Of a DNA stretch of 64,000 nucleotides, positions 41,614 to 54,368 are shown one piece after another. The position numbers and the translations under genes were made by a program. A model generated the notes under the pieces. That model was not told where the DNA came from. It searched no databases and was given only the letters and a program-made list of their open reading frames with translations. The stretch is from Mizuhopecten yessoensis. Its lineage: Eukaryota. How positions within the stretch are numbered: the stretch's first letter is position 1; each line of letters starts with the position of its first letter. The stretch spans positions 6,108 through 70,107 of the forward strand of contig NW_018404269.1 in NCBI RefSeq assembly GCF_002113885.1. Reading direction: 5' to 3'.

Positions 41614-43325
41614 GTACCTACTTATCCCGTCACTATAGAACCTATTTATCCCGTCGCTATATAACCTACTTATCCCGTCACTATCTCTAGAACCTTCTTA
41701 TCCCGTCACTATATAACCTACTATAGCACCTACTTATCCCGTCACTATATAACCTACTTGTTGGATAGATAAGAAGGTTCTATAGTGACGATATAAGTAG
41801 GTTATATAGTGACGGGATAAGTAGGTGCTATAGTGACAGGTTAAGTAGGTTCTATAGTGACGGGATAAATATGTTATATAATGACGGGATAAGTAGATTA
41901 TACAGTGAAAGTTTAAATAGGCTTTGTACTGACGATATAAGTAGGTTATATAGTGACGGGATAAGTAGGTTCACAGTGACGGGATAAATCGGTTTTATAG
42001 TGATAGGATAGATAAGTAGGTTCTTTAGCGACATGATAAGTAGGTGCTATAGTGACGGTTTAAGTAGGTTCTATAGTGACGGGATAAGTAGGTTCTACAA
42101 TGGCGGGATAAGTAGGTTCTATAATGACGGGATAAGTAGGTTATACTGTGACAGTTGTAATAGGTTCTATAGTGACGGGATACGTAGGTACTATAGTGAC
42201 GGAATACGTAGGTTTTATGGTGACAGGATAAGTAGGTTCTATAGTGACAGGATAAGTAGGTTCTGTAGTGACGGGATAAGTAGGTTCTATAGTGACGGGT
42301 TAAGTAGGTTCTATAGTGACGGGTTAAGTAGGTTCTATAGTGACGTGATAAGTAGGTTCTATAGTGACGGGTTAAGTAGGTTCTGTAGTGACGGGATACG
42401 TAGGTACTATAGTGACGGAATACGTAGGTTTTATGGTGACAGGATAAGTAGGTTCTATAGTGACGGGTTAAGTAAGTTCTATAGTGACGGGATAAGTAGG
42501 TTCTACAATGGCGGTATAAGTAGGTTCTATAATGACGGGAGAAGTAGGTTATACTGTGACAGTTGTAATAGGTTCTATAGTGACGGGATACGTAGGTACT
42601 ATAGTGACGGAATACGTTGGTTTTATGGTGACAGGATAAGTAGGTTCTATAGTGACAGGATAAGTAGGTTCTGCAGTGACGGGATAAGTAGGTTCTATAG
42701 TGACGGGATAAGTAGATTCTATAGTAATAGGATAAATAGGTTATACTGTGACAGTTTTAATAGGTTCCATAGTGACGGGATAAGTAGGTTATATAGTGAC
42801 GGGATAAGTAGGTGCTATAGTGACGGGATAAGTAGGTGCTATAGTGACGGGATAAGTAGGTTCTATAGTGACGGGATAAGTAGATTCTATAGTAATAGGA
42901 TAAATAGGTTATACTGTGACAGTTTTAATAGGTTCCATAGTGACGGGATACGTATGTACTATACTGACGGAATACGTAGGTTTTATAGTGACAGGATAAG
43001 GAGGTTCTATAGTGACGGGATAAGTAGGTTCTATAGTGACGGGTTAAGTAGGTTCTATAGTGACGGGATAAGTAGGTTCTATAGTGACGGGATAAGTAGG
43101 TTCTATAGTGACGGGATAAGTAGGTTCTATAGTGACGGGATAAGTAGGTTATATAGTGACAGGATAAGTAGGTTCTATAGTGACGGGATAAGTAGGTTCT
43201 ATAGTGACGGGATAAGTGGGTTCTATAGTGACGGGATAAGTAGGTTATATAGTGACGGGATAAGTAGGTTCTATAGTGACGGGATAAGTAGGTAATATAG
43301 TGCCGGGATAAGTAGGTTCTATACT
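41614..43325. repeat. 24-bp minisatellite (~70 units) with an internal strand inversion at ~41760
   Basis: Unit tagtgacgggataagtaggttcta. Positions 41614-41759 carry the reverse complement (cttatcccgtcacta). The array produces the spurious (FYSDGISR)n ORF. Confidence 0.95.
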
Positions 43326-43578
43326 TACAGGATGAATAGTTACCTTTTTACCGGATCTAACAAATTAACAATACAGATACTACTGTTGACCAGTGCATAC
43401 TACAGTGTATACACTCAGTGCCCTAAAAAAAGTTGTTATCTTGATAAACTTGTACAAGTCATCATTTAACAGACATTTTGTCAAAATTTAGAAGCCTCGC
43501 CAAGATAAGGTTTCATGATAAGGCCCAGTTCGACTCGTTTCTATTGAATGAGTAGCCGACTGTCACGTTTTATTCACC

Positions 43579-46156
43579 ATGTCGCCGATCCTTATGTGTA
43601 TGCTAATTGGGGCTCTTGTTGGTAAGTGGTTTAAAATACATCACAATTGGAGAATCAGATTAATTATAATACAATGGTGTTGATTGATTAAGCACGCAAT
43701 ATGAATGTAACATTTAAACTGATTCCCGTCAGAATAAAAATACGAAAAGGGAAATTATCGAAGTTTTTCTTCATACACAAACAATGTACGTATTAAACGT
43801 GTGTATAAAGTAAAACTTTGATATAGCGTATCTCCAAACTGACGAATCGTATTGAAGAGAATAGGAACAATCAAGATTTGGTGATTAGGTATTGATCAGA
43901 AAAAGTATTGTTGAAAGAGTGTTGTTGTTCGATGTTAAGATATACATTAATTAGCATACTATAACTTCTATCTTATTAACTTATATACAGTCATCGGAAC
44001 GTAAGGACCAATAAATCATCGCGTGTATTTGTTTCTTTATTAGATAAATTGCTTTGGAATACTTTCATTTAAAAAAAATGACAAGGTTATTAAAATGGCA
44101 ACATAACACATTGCTGATCACCTATTAAGTATCAAATATTACAAGATGTCAAATTCATCGAATAAGTAATTTCCCATTTACAAAGTTGTGTGATATTGGT
44201 TTAAAAGATTTGTAGTATTAAAAGAGGTCAGGAAATCAATGCAACATTTATTTGAATATTTTCTGATGATTGTATTATGCAAGAACAAATTTATTATCCA
44301 TAACTTTGGCGTCCGTTCTAAAAGTTGATGGCGATTACTTATTTGGAGAGAGGAGTTAATGATAACCTTACAATTATGTACATTAAAACAATTTGACCTA
44401 GTTTTGTCTTTCTTTTTAGCTTTCCCTCGCATCTTTTTCGAGGGAATGGAGTGCCCGGGGTTCATTTCTCTTACGTCATGTTGCCCCACGGAGGGGGCCT
44501 CTTTCCTTTATTCACTCTCCTTTTTCACCTTTTCTCTTATGATACCAACCATTCAATCTTTCATCCGCATCATTCCAACAATATTATTATTCAATTAAAT
44601 CAAAATCATACATCAATCTAACAAACAATTACTTATATTCATTAACAAATATTGACAGTACGTACATATTTATTAATACATTAACCTATTTCTACCATTT
44701 TAGGAGTGAGCGTGTCCGAGTCTGGGAACGAACATCACTGTTACAGCTGTTTCCATGTTGCTTCTCCCCATGACTGCGGAACGATCGAGCAGTGTCCTCA
44801 TGGCAAGGTAGACAACAATAACAGTTATTTCACGATTAAAATATAGAAAATAGTCATGCAACATTCATGCAAAACACTTTATTTTGTAATACACAGTGTG
44901 TATGCCCGAGCACGATATATTATTGCCTGCCTTCGATTCTTCTGCTGGATTACTACATGTAGCAGTCCTGAGGTTGGCCGTAGCTACATATACATATTAT
45001 GTCTAAACTGATGAAAAGTCCAGACTTAATATGATAAAAAAAAAAGTGTGCACTGTAGTTAACTCAAGTGCACATAGATGTGAACTCCACTTCTCTTCAG
45101 TGTTAACTCCAGTGCACAAGCTAGAAAACTGGAGTTAACTTTTCTAACTCCAATGATCCAGATCAGTTAGGTTTGATCCCAACTGAACGAAATGCTAGTT
45201 TAAGAATAAATGACCTGTTTCAGTCAAAAGCTGTACGTTGGTAACGCAGTAAGGGCTTGATATGGACATTTTCCTTTTAATTGCACATCTGCTTCGAAGC
45301 TCGTAGGACAGTGACTTTTCATTCTTTTGAACTTCCGTTTCGATGATGAGTCCAAAATGGACAAAAGAACGTGTCACCGTGTAAGTCGTTGGCGATGCTA
45401 AATAAATCGTTTCGTTGTTATCACAATAACGTTTATGTGGCGTACTTTCAGGAATGTTTTGCGACCCAATACACCGGACCGGACTCAAAAACGTTCTACC
45501 ACCTAGGATGTGCCAACCACGGAGTAACATACTTTTATAATTAAAAATAAGAAAAGATATCTTAGATAATGCATTTCAAAGGATTATCCTTGATTTTTCA
45601 GATATGTTTTAAAACTTATATTTTTGTTTCCTTCGAATTTGAACATGACAATAATTATGATCGAACCATGTTCCTTTGAACAATTTAACAATGAAAGGGA
45701 GGTAACTCTACATCATTTTAAGAAAGTTTTAATTCAAACGTTATTGCAATGTCAATATAAAATGCTTAAATTCTCCCAAATTAAATAAAATTCACGCTTA
45801 CTTCAACATTTTTGAGTTTATTTCTCTAATAAACTTCAACAACTGAGTATCCCTTTTCAGGCAAAAGTTTTGTCGCTCATAAACAGTTTTCTAACAATTC
45901 CGTGCTATGCATTTAATACAACATAATAAAAACAAACCAGTTTTTTCCCATGTATATTGTTACCTCTGTACGCTATTTCATTTGCTTAGACATGTATTCG
46001 TTTTTATTTTGCTATAAAAAGACTTGCACGCATACGGCCAGCTTTCACCCCCACACACATGGTTGGCATCACCCATATACGTTTGAAGAGGTCCTGTGTG
46101 GACACTGCTGTTCTACCCCAGGATGTAACATGAACACATGCGATCCATCTTCGTAA
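43579..46156 (+). CDS. Secreted His-rich three-finger (Ly6/uPAR, LU-domain) protein, 117 aa, 4 coding exons
   Basis: Exons 43579-43621, 44704-44807, 45452-45523 and 46022-46156 (phases 1,0,0) give MSPILMCMLIGALVGVSVSESGNEHHCYSCFHVASPHDCGTIEQCPHGKECFATQYTGPDSKTFYHLGCANHGTCTHTASFHPHTHGWHHPYTFEEVLCGHCCSTPGCNMNTCDPSS*. It has the CxxC start and CCxxxxCN end. A 3'-UTR intron spans 46162-47022 and AATAAA is at 47075. Confidence 0.85.
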
Positions 46157-46733
46157 CCAAGGTATGTATATATCTACACTCACCAACTAATTCAATACTT
46201 AATTAATATGTTTCGTAAGTAGCCAATCTGGATCCGTTTTTCAGAAGCTTGGTTATTTTAACTGTAGTATAGTTATCTCACATTTGTAAATTTTTGAAAT
46301 TTAAAAAACAATTATAATATGGAAGATCTTGTCTTTTCCTCCTTATTTTGAATCCTTATTTATGCACATGTAGTTTTAGTTTTACTGAAAAATTTCAATA
46401 TCTAAAAATATAATCAATATACAAAATGAACGCGGACATGAATCACTCGGCTAATTTATAATAATCGTTAACTTGTCATTTTATAATACAACTCTTAGAC
46501 TATTGTATTGTATTGTCATCAGTTTTGTATCAATTCAGAAAAAAACTAAACCATATAATAATGATTTAGATATCAATTCTTTTATAGAATAGTCATATCG
46601 AAATAATCTGTTGCATTGACCTTTTACGTAGAATATTCAAGTTCGTTGTTCAGATGCTTGATGAGAAACATGAGTGACCACTTTCGCTGAACTAAATATC
46701 TGAATAGGCTCCTTGTTTGTATATTGACTCGCC

Positions 46734-46921
46734 TATTCCGTCTTTGCGTATTGCAGAGTTACCTTCTCTTGAGAGCAGGTGTTGATTGTTACGTCATTTG
46801 TTTGTGAGAGAAACGTCATCAATTTTTGAGAAAACGACGTAATTTTTTCACACAAACCAATGACGTAACAATCAATCCCTGCTCTAAAGAGAAGATAACT
46901 CTGCAATACGCAAAGACGGAA
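46734..46921. mobile_element. Palindromic MITE (copy 2, opposite orientation to copy 1)
   Basis: Same termini as 37117-37306, with the central spacer reverse-complemented. Confidence 0.9.
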
Positions 46922-47219
46922 TTATCATTATGGTGCATTGTATTAGGAAGTCAGCAAAAAGTTCCTTATAGTTTAACTGTATATTAAATACTTTGATATT
47001 TGCTTATATGCTTTCTTTGCAGGTACCTGAAGTAACGACGGAATTAATCCTTCATTGTAATTATCGTTACAAATAATAAAAAGCTGTTTAATGAAATGTC
47101 TATGCGATGAATTTGTAAATCACTTGGCTGTCAAGAAAGTCTCGAAGTTTAATATTTTCCTAATGAATACTTTACGCTGGACAAACATGGTAGCATGGAG
47201 TGGAGCGAGATGGAAACTT

Positions 47220-47416
47220 TTTGTTTTTGTTTGTTTGTGTTTTACGTCCCATTTAAGGACGTCCCAGGGTTTGGTGGCGGAGGAAAGCCCGAGTTCCCGG
47301 AGAAATCCCACCGACCTACGGCTAGTACCTTGCGACTTCCCCACGTAGGTCTCGAACCCGCGACCCTGTGGTGGAGGGCTAGGGGTAACAGAATGTCAGA
47401 CGCCTTAACCACCGTG
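47220..47416 (-). mobile_element. tRNA-derived SINE (V-SINE-like core)
   Basis: Minus strand: GGTGGTTAAGG A box, GGTTCGAGACC B box, TTTCTCCGGGAACTCGGGCTTTCCTCC core and an (AAAC)n tail. Confidence 0.75.
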
Positions 47417-47899
47417 GAAACTATTGTCGAATTAACGAAATACAGCTAAAATAACCAGCAGTGTGCTTCACTTTGTTTAGCAACAATTCTTAGTCTTTAA
47501 ATTTACCCAGGCAGCCAGATTGTAATTGCTTTATTTACCTTAAAATAAATAATAATTTCAACACCATCATTGAACGACGCCATTTCGTGCCCAGTCTGTG
47601 TCCGTTAATCTATAGCACACATTATTTAAACAGTGATAATTCTACGGTCTAAAATTACTGAAAGGAACCACAGGAAAACTATTAACAGGTGTTTTTTTTC
47701 TACTTTGGGTCTGCTTCATTTTTAAGTGATAACTTTTTTTTGAAGAGGAAATTCCTTCATTTACTAAGATGTAAGAGTGAAATTTTGAGAAAAAAATATT
47801 GAAAGGTTGTAACAGTTGGCGCAGTTAATGCTGAAAGTTGATTGTTGATGCACAAATATATAGGTATTGAAAAGGTTTTTTTCATGTACATTGCGGCAA

Positions 47900-49150
47900 T
47901 AAATAGCAGAAGATGATCTACATATCCTGTGGAGCACGTTAGCGAAAGCTGCGACTTTTATACAAGTCAGACTTGTACCCTGCCACTACCAGAGCTTGCT
48001 TCAAAATGTTGCTAAAGTGTATGTACTGTATAAATGAAATGTATAAATAGGGCTTTCTAGAGAGCCCCGGACATTTAGAAAATGGAACAATGTCATCACG
48101 GGACACACTGATTCCGCTTGTTGAGTTTGAAGTGATAATGTCACCGGGGTGGTAATATAGTGCCCTTTAAATGAGTCAAAAACTATCTCAAGCCGTGATG
48201 GATATTGTTTTCCCTGTCGGAAGAAACGTAAATTGGATATTTTGAGAATGTTCTGGGGTCTACCGTTTTTTGGCTATTTCCCAAATTCGAAGAAATACAT
48301 GAAATGCGAGTAGAAACATTGACTTAAACAGCAGGTTGTCGTAATGTGAAGCACATATTCTGTCCAATGCCAGCAGCAGCTGGTGTATAATAGGCTTAGT
48401 AATAGGTTTTCGGAAATCTTGTTTACTCCCCAATTTTTTTAACCTACCAACATTTTTCGAACTATGAAAAATTTAGTTGGATCTGTATAACCACTAAGCT
48501 TATGCACATATGATATGGCTGACATATAGCTGGTAATAATAGAAGGTGCAAGGTTTTGTTCAGACAAATGCGCAATAAACATGACTAAGGTATACACGTC
48601 TATGTACTCCGTATGCAGAACTGATTGGACAAATTGTGACAATGATACAAACACTATATGTTACATCTGCTGTCAGCTAGGTGTGAACGCAGAATTGACA
48701 AGCACTAGAACTTTTCCATTTAAATATGTAACAGATTGTCTGCCAGTTGTGTTGGGGGCTTGTCCATATGCGGAGCCGCCAATACGAAACAATGGGACCT
48801 GCAAACGAGACAGGTAATCAGCCAGGACATTTTCTTTACCCGGAATATGTTTAGCATGGAAACGAATGTTGAGTTGCAGAAAAAAACTATGACTAGCCCA
48901 CGCAATAGTACCATCATGTCAGGGTTGGGAGATGTCTGTTTGTTTATAATAGACACTACTGTTTGATTGTCCGAAAAGAACAGACCTGACTTATTTTTGA
49001 GCAGATTTTCGCCCAAACTTCAAGCGCCACTGTGATTGGAAACAGCTCCTTAACATTAATGTGATATAGTTTCATGACATCTTGCCATTCCCCATAGAAC
49101 CAGTGACATCCACGTATAGCAGCAAACCCACTAATATGAAAAGGCAAAGC
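47900..49150 (-). mobile_element. Decayed DIRS/Ngaro-type retrotransposon: RNase H plus tyrosine recombinase fragments
   Basis: RNase H-like WFYGEW...HINVKELFPITVALEVW and FFSDNQTVVSIINKQTS; YR N-terminal FIAHLSEQNLAPSIITSYMSAISYVHKL; FKSMFLLAFHVFLRI; and an H-x-x-R-box relic LYKSRSFR at ~47940-47975. Frameshifted. Confidence 0.8.
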
Positions 49151-49307
49151 CTTAAAAGAGCGTAGCTTTTGTTGATCTCTGATATTTACTGATTCAGAAT
49201 TCCGCTTTTAGAATGAGATAAGATAAACGTTATTTAAAGTCGGCTAGTCTAGGAATAAGAATAAAACCTAAGCTCTAATGAGAGTAAGCTTAAGACCGAC
49301 ATAATAA

Positions 49308-49955
49308 TAGGGGAGGTCGGGACAAGTTCGGCCTATTTTTTTTTTTTATTAAAGTCCGTTCTGGGAGTATGGCAGCACGTCCGTTTGACAACATTATTTA
49401 ATTATCCCTGTCTGAAGATCGGATGGCCGAATGAGCCCCGCCATGGGATAAGTTCGGACAGGCATTCGAGTAAGTTCGGCCAACGGTGGAATCAGTTAAT
49501 CATGACGTCATAAAGCAGGCAACGTCAGATTTTACCGCCAATTTTACGACTTTTTATGTGATACATGGGCCGAACTTGCCACGGTATTATATTATTAGCC
49601 GAACCTGTCCGGGCCCAAATTGATATTACAATAAATTCTTATCGTACAACAATATGGTAGCGAGTGCTTGGCTTGGCCTTTATGTATTTGAAGCTGTCAG
49701 TGGGTTACATGTTTGGCCGTAAAAAAGGAGCAATTCCGTTTACAGAAAGTTCGCATAAGTAGAAGCGAGATCATGATTTTCTTTCTACCCTCTCAAAAGC
49801 AATTTTCTCTGGTTTAGTAATTTTACATTAGAGTTTTTCTCACCATTTTTTTGTGTGAATGCTTAGCCAACTATACTGTTAAGATGCTTAAAGTTGTAAA
49901 ATTTTTCTCAAAACAAAAATATCAGGGGTGGCCGAACTTGCCCCTGTCTCCCGTA
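49308..49955. mobile_element. Non-autonomous Tc1/mariner-pogo-like DNA element with ~24-bp TIRs and TA TSD
   Basis: TA-GGGGAGGTCGGGACAAGTTCGGCC ... GGCCGAACTTGCCCCTGTCTCCCG-TA, with internal AAGTTCGG/CCGAACTT repeats. Confidence 0.75.
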
Positions 49956-50060
49956 TGCAGATTTTTTGTATCATTGATGATTGGTAAAACATTATTCACA
50001 ATATAAATTTGTTGCGTCAATGACGCAATTTTCTTCCAGTCAAGGCTTAAGTAGATACTA

Positions 50061-50228
50061 GGTCGGATGGCGCAGTGGATAGCGCGCCTGTCTTCACCAA
50101 GATGGCCAGATTCATGAAGCAACAATAAAGAGATAAATGCAACGGACATAAGTTCCAAGATTTTCCGGTTATTTTTCTTCCGTCCGGTGAAAGGCAGGTG
50201 CGCTATCCACTCCATCACCCGACCACCC
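50061..50228. mobile_element. Two truncated SINE tRNA-like heads in convergent orientation
   Basis: ggtcggatggcgcagtggatagcgcgcctgtcttcaccaag (+) and the reverse complement of gggtggtcgggtgatggagtggatagcgcacctgcctttcacc (-). Both match the 32219 SINE head. Confidence 0.6.
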
Positions 50229-51133
50229 ATTACAGTACAGAAATTACCTGTGTAATAAGTATTTGACTATTCTATTTCAGTTGTAAATTGTGGTATGCTT
50301 AGCCTCAGACTTTTCCCATGTAAATATTTAAGGTCGATGAGGTAATTTGTGGAAAAACTTCAAAATCTTGCTGTTTCAAATTAGTGATTGTTTTTCTCAA
50401 AAAATTGTTAAACATCAATTTCAGAATATAAAACAGGCATTTTTGTTCAGGCACAGAATATGTATTTAATACCTTTATTTTAATTTTATTTTTGTAGATA
50501 ATAAATAACAAGTTCTGTTTTGATTTCCCATCATTTTATTGGCCGAGGGAAATTTTAATACTCATCGCCTAACACTACACATTTTAGCCTCACTTTCTCC
50601 ATCCAGTAAACACTTTGACATGATGAAAAACCTATAAAACTTGTACAGCCACAGAAAGACAGTCCTTAGGCCAGTACAAATGGACTGAAAAGAATAGTCA
50701 CTGAAATGCACTATTAACCTAAGAAGTAGATTTCAAACACAGTATGTCATCATTCCTTTGTTTGGATAGATCACCAATATGAGATTAATTACATCTAGAA
50801 GTAGGCAGGGAAGGTACTTGCAAGTATGTTTGTAGAGCTAGCAGGCATATGTTGCCAACTCAGTGACAATCCTTGAAATTTAATTACATGTAGTGTACAT
50901 ATATCAACAGAAAGTATATGCATTAAAAAGCAGTTGATATATACCTGGTACATACAAGGTTTGTTGATCATCTATGCCATACTATATACAAAAATGTCCA
51001 GTTTTATTGCGAAGTAAAAAAGTTTTATAAAAAGAATGCTTTCTTAACACATTCATTATGAACGTAAAAATCAACATTAAACAATCAGAAACGATGGAGT
51101 TCAGGGGGAACATGACCCTTTCTCAACCTATAC

Positions 51134-51135
<2 letters not shown>

Positions 51136-51167
<32 letters not shown>
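51136..51167. repeat. Poly-C homopolymer (~32 nt)
   Basis: Uninterrupted C run. Confidence 0.9.
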
Positions 51168-51170
<3 letters not shown>

Positions 51171-51662
51171 CACGCTAACCATACTGAACACAAAGTGGTA
51201 TTGTTACGCCGGGAATGACCCTAAACCCTTTACCATTCCATGTTTGGGTATTTAAACCTGACTTTGGCAAGGAAACTTTACCAAAACACAAAGTCCAAAC
51301 TCAAATTTTAGTGCTTAAGCCGGTTTCATATTATTTTCAACTCGTTCGACATAAACGTTGTCTACACCTTTGACAATATCAACGATGCGCACCTATCTCC
51401 ACATAACCCGCCTATGCACGGGCCCTGACAGCACGTGTGCAGGTGAACCTGCCCGTTGTGAAATGGAAAACTGATACAATTCACCATCAATACAAATTAT
51501 ATAATACCTGTACAGTTTAGTATTATTTACAAACTATGTTCGACAAACTACCCAGACGCTACATCTCACGACACACATTTAGGCTATAAATAGCCGTGAC
51601 AAACCGCCGCTTAGGCTATCCTTAAAACTGATACAATCACAAATAGTTCTGACCAACTGCGT

Positions 51663-52290
51663 ATTACTCACTTTGTGTAGCATACCTAGCATCGACGATA
51701 CGTCTGATAGCTGCACCCCGAACACTGCGGACATATTTTGGCACACCGTACTGTTGATTGAGATGGACTCCGTCGGGCGTAAAAATGTTAACTTCACACT
51801 GTTTCAGTCCCATGTGCTTGAATTAAGTAGTGAATACTATGACTACGCGACAAACGAGCCTTCAGTTCCCTATTCACTGTGCATACTCTGTCATTGTAGA
51901 CCTCGACAGGAATGCGCCTCGTTGACTTACGAAACAGAAGTTGCATAATGCAAACATGGCGTATTCCAAACCCGAACACCATCCACTCAGCTACAGCCAC
52001 AATATTACTCGCGATCTTTGAGAGACCGAAATCAAAACAATCAACATCATTTCCACCAATTTGTAGTAGCACTGCATCGGGTCGCTCCAACGTCAAATGG
52101 GAAGAGAAATCAAGGGAAGTTAAGTCACTCACTTTCCCGCCACCTTTTTTCCAAAAACTTGACCACCACATCAGACTCACTCAAGTTAAGATCTCCCAGT
52201 CGTTCCTGGGCCTAGACACATCATCTTTCAGTCGTCTGATATAGTTATGACCTAACACGGATAACTTAACCGTCACACCATACACACTGT
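51663..52290 (-). pseudogene. Decayed SGNH/GDSL hydrolase ORF of a Ngaro-like tyrosine-recombinase retroelement
   Basis: Block I VLGHNYIRRL, block III LQIGGND and block V PDGVHL (after a frameshift). It has an in-frame stop and lies near the RH/YR relics on the same strand. Confidence 0.7.
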
Positions 52291-53205
52291 GCCCCGGAAG
52301 GACAACAAAATCACTGAACTATGTCGACAATAAAAAAATGAACAACACTTCTTACCTTTGGCCCCTGACAAAATTTGTTCAAGTGACGCTATCGCCTGTC
52401 ACGTGACATGTGTTCTTGCCTGTAAAGCGGTAAACAGTTCATGGTATGTTAATATTAATAGGCAAAAGCAAGAAGTCCTTCCACCTATAAAAACAGTTCT
52501 ACACAAAATATGCAAATCCACACTATAAATGCAATTAAATTTACTTTGTATTTAATTATTATTTTTTAGATGATAATTATAATCATTTCCTTACAATATG
52601 GAAACGATTCTCGCCGAAATGCTTACAACTCATATTTTTAAAATATGACCAAACTATCCTTGTTTGATGACACTGATACAGGCCATGTTTATTTAACATA
52701 ATGATATCATTACACAAATTTAGGAAATCTGATGGTTATTTTTGTTTCAATTGTTTGTTTTTTCACTGATATATTTTCCTAACAAGCTAGTATACTTATG
52801 GGAGATACTCCCAGAGCCCATTTTTTGTTTTGTAAGGACTTTAGGCAACCGTTGCATTGCCGGCTCTGTACTGAAAAAAGGGTATTTGCTTGTGAACCGG
52901 CCTTGTAACATATTGATAATTCGCCAGTATAACCCACACGATCAAGCTGTATGTGAGCTTTGCCCGTCGTATGTATAACTGAATTGCTTTTATGTCTTAG
53001 TGTTACTCATAACATTTTGCCTTCGTCTAAGTATATGAACCCTGAAAGACCATATATACAAGGACACTATTAAATGTCAACACTTTCAAGAGGCGTTGCA
53101 GGGTTGCAATTTTTTTTCAGGCTGTACTGCTCGTTATATAGTTAAACATATAATAGTAACGTGTGCACATATGACGAAATCTCATTTAAAAAATTAAAAT
53201 GCATT

Positions 53206-53395
53206 TATTCCGTCTTTTCGTTTTGCAGAGTTATCTGCTCTTGTGAGCAGGTATTTATTGTTACGTCATTAGTTTGTGTGAGAAAATTACGTCGTTTTCT
53301 CAAAAATTTATGACGTTACTCTCACAAAGAAAAGACGTAACACTCAATATCTGCTCACAAGAGCAGATAACTCTCAAATACGAAAAGACCGAATA
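53206..53395. mobile_element. Palindromic MITE (copy 3, divergent subfamily)
   Basis: TA-TTCCGTCTTTTCG...CGAAAAGACCGAA-TA. Confidence 0.85.
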
Positions 53396-54368
53396 TGTAG
53401 ATACTAAAGACATTCGCCTACCTTAAGCTTCCCCGATAGAAAAGTCAGAACACATTTTAAATAAAGAAAAAAACACATACTTAGAATAAGCCATAGATAA
53501 TAAGTTCATCTACATTTGGTACTTTAAAATGTAAACCCAATAAGCTGGATAGCCGTGCATACTGCTACATGTACATTAATTAAAGTACTTAGTAAATCAC
53601 GGATAATACCGTCTTTCACAGAATTCTGTAGTTATAGGCGGCCATTGGTTTCATACTAAGGTATGCTGTAAGAAGGTTAGATGCTGATGAATATAATACA
53701 AAGTAAATGTTTGTATATTTATTTGTGAATAACGACAAACAGCTGTCCAGCTTAACTTGAGTAGAAGGGCTTTGAGATATTTCGGACGAATCATAAGGTG
53801 TAAGTTGTTCTTTCTATTCAATACGGAAAGGCGAATAAAGGCGAAAATTAAACTGCAGCGAAAATTTCCGGGTATACAGTATATATATATATTGTACTAC
53901 ACAAGCTCATCCTCTTCACTGATTTGAATCTCAATTTAGCCAGCAGGTAAAGAAAATAACTGAATATACGTGACATGTTTAAATAACAAACTGAACACTT
54001 TAAATATCCCCTTTGATAACCTCCATCGAATTATAATAATTTGTTGAATTTTTTGTTGCATTAAACAGGAAGCAAATCACGAAACACGAAGGTATTAAAG
54101 ATGTAATAAACTAGTATGTATTTAGAATTAAGTCAACCATCAAAACTATCTATTTACAAAAATATTATCCCACATATTTTCCGACATTTTCTGAACATAT
54201 GTAACCTAGAAGCAGTCGTGCCGAACGTCAACACACTAAAGACGTATCCACCCATCAACTCTCGCCTGTAAATACAGTCACTTTACCTTACTCGTCTGAT
54301 CATAGATTTTATATCCGTGTACGTGCGTACGACTTCTCACTGCCGACCCGTAAAGGGAGAGTTATAAG

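Noticed and set aside
42033-43295. 420-aa ORF of (FYSDGISR)n resembling a repetitive structural protein
   Set aside because: By-product of a 24-bp (multiple of 3) minisatellite that extends beyond the ORF and inverts. It has no signal peptide or splice context.
45990-46133. Alternative acceptor at 45989 for the last coding exon of the three-finger gene
   Set aside because: That frame loses the CCxxxxCN motif, whereas the acceptor at 46021 restores it.
51058-51255. Polyproline ORF
   Set aside because: Arises from a poly-C homopolymer.
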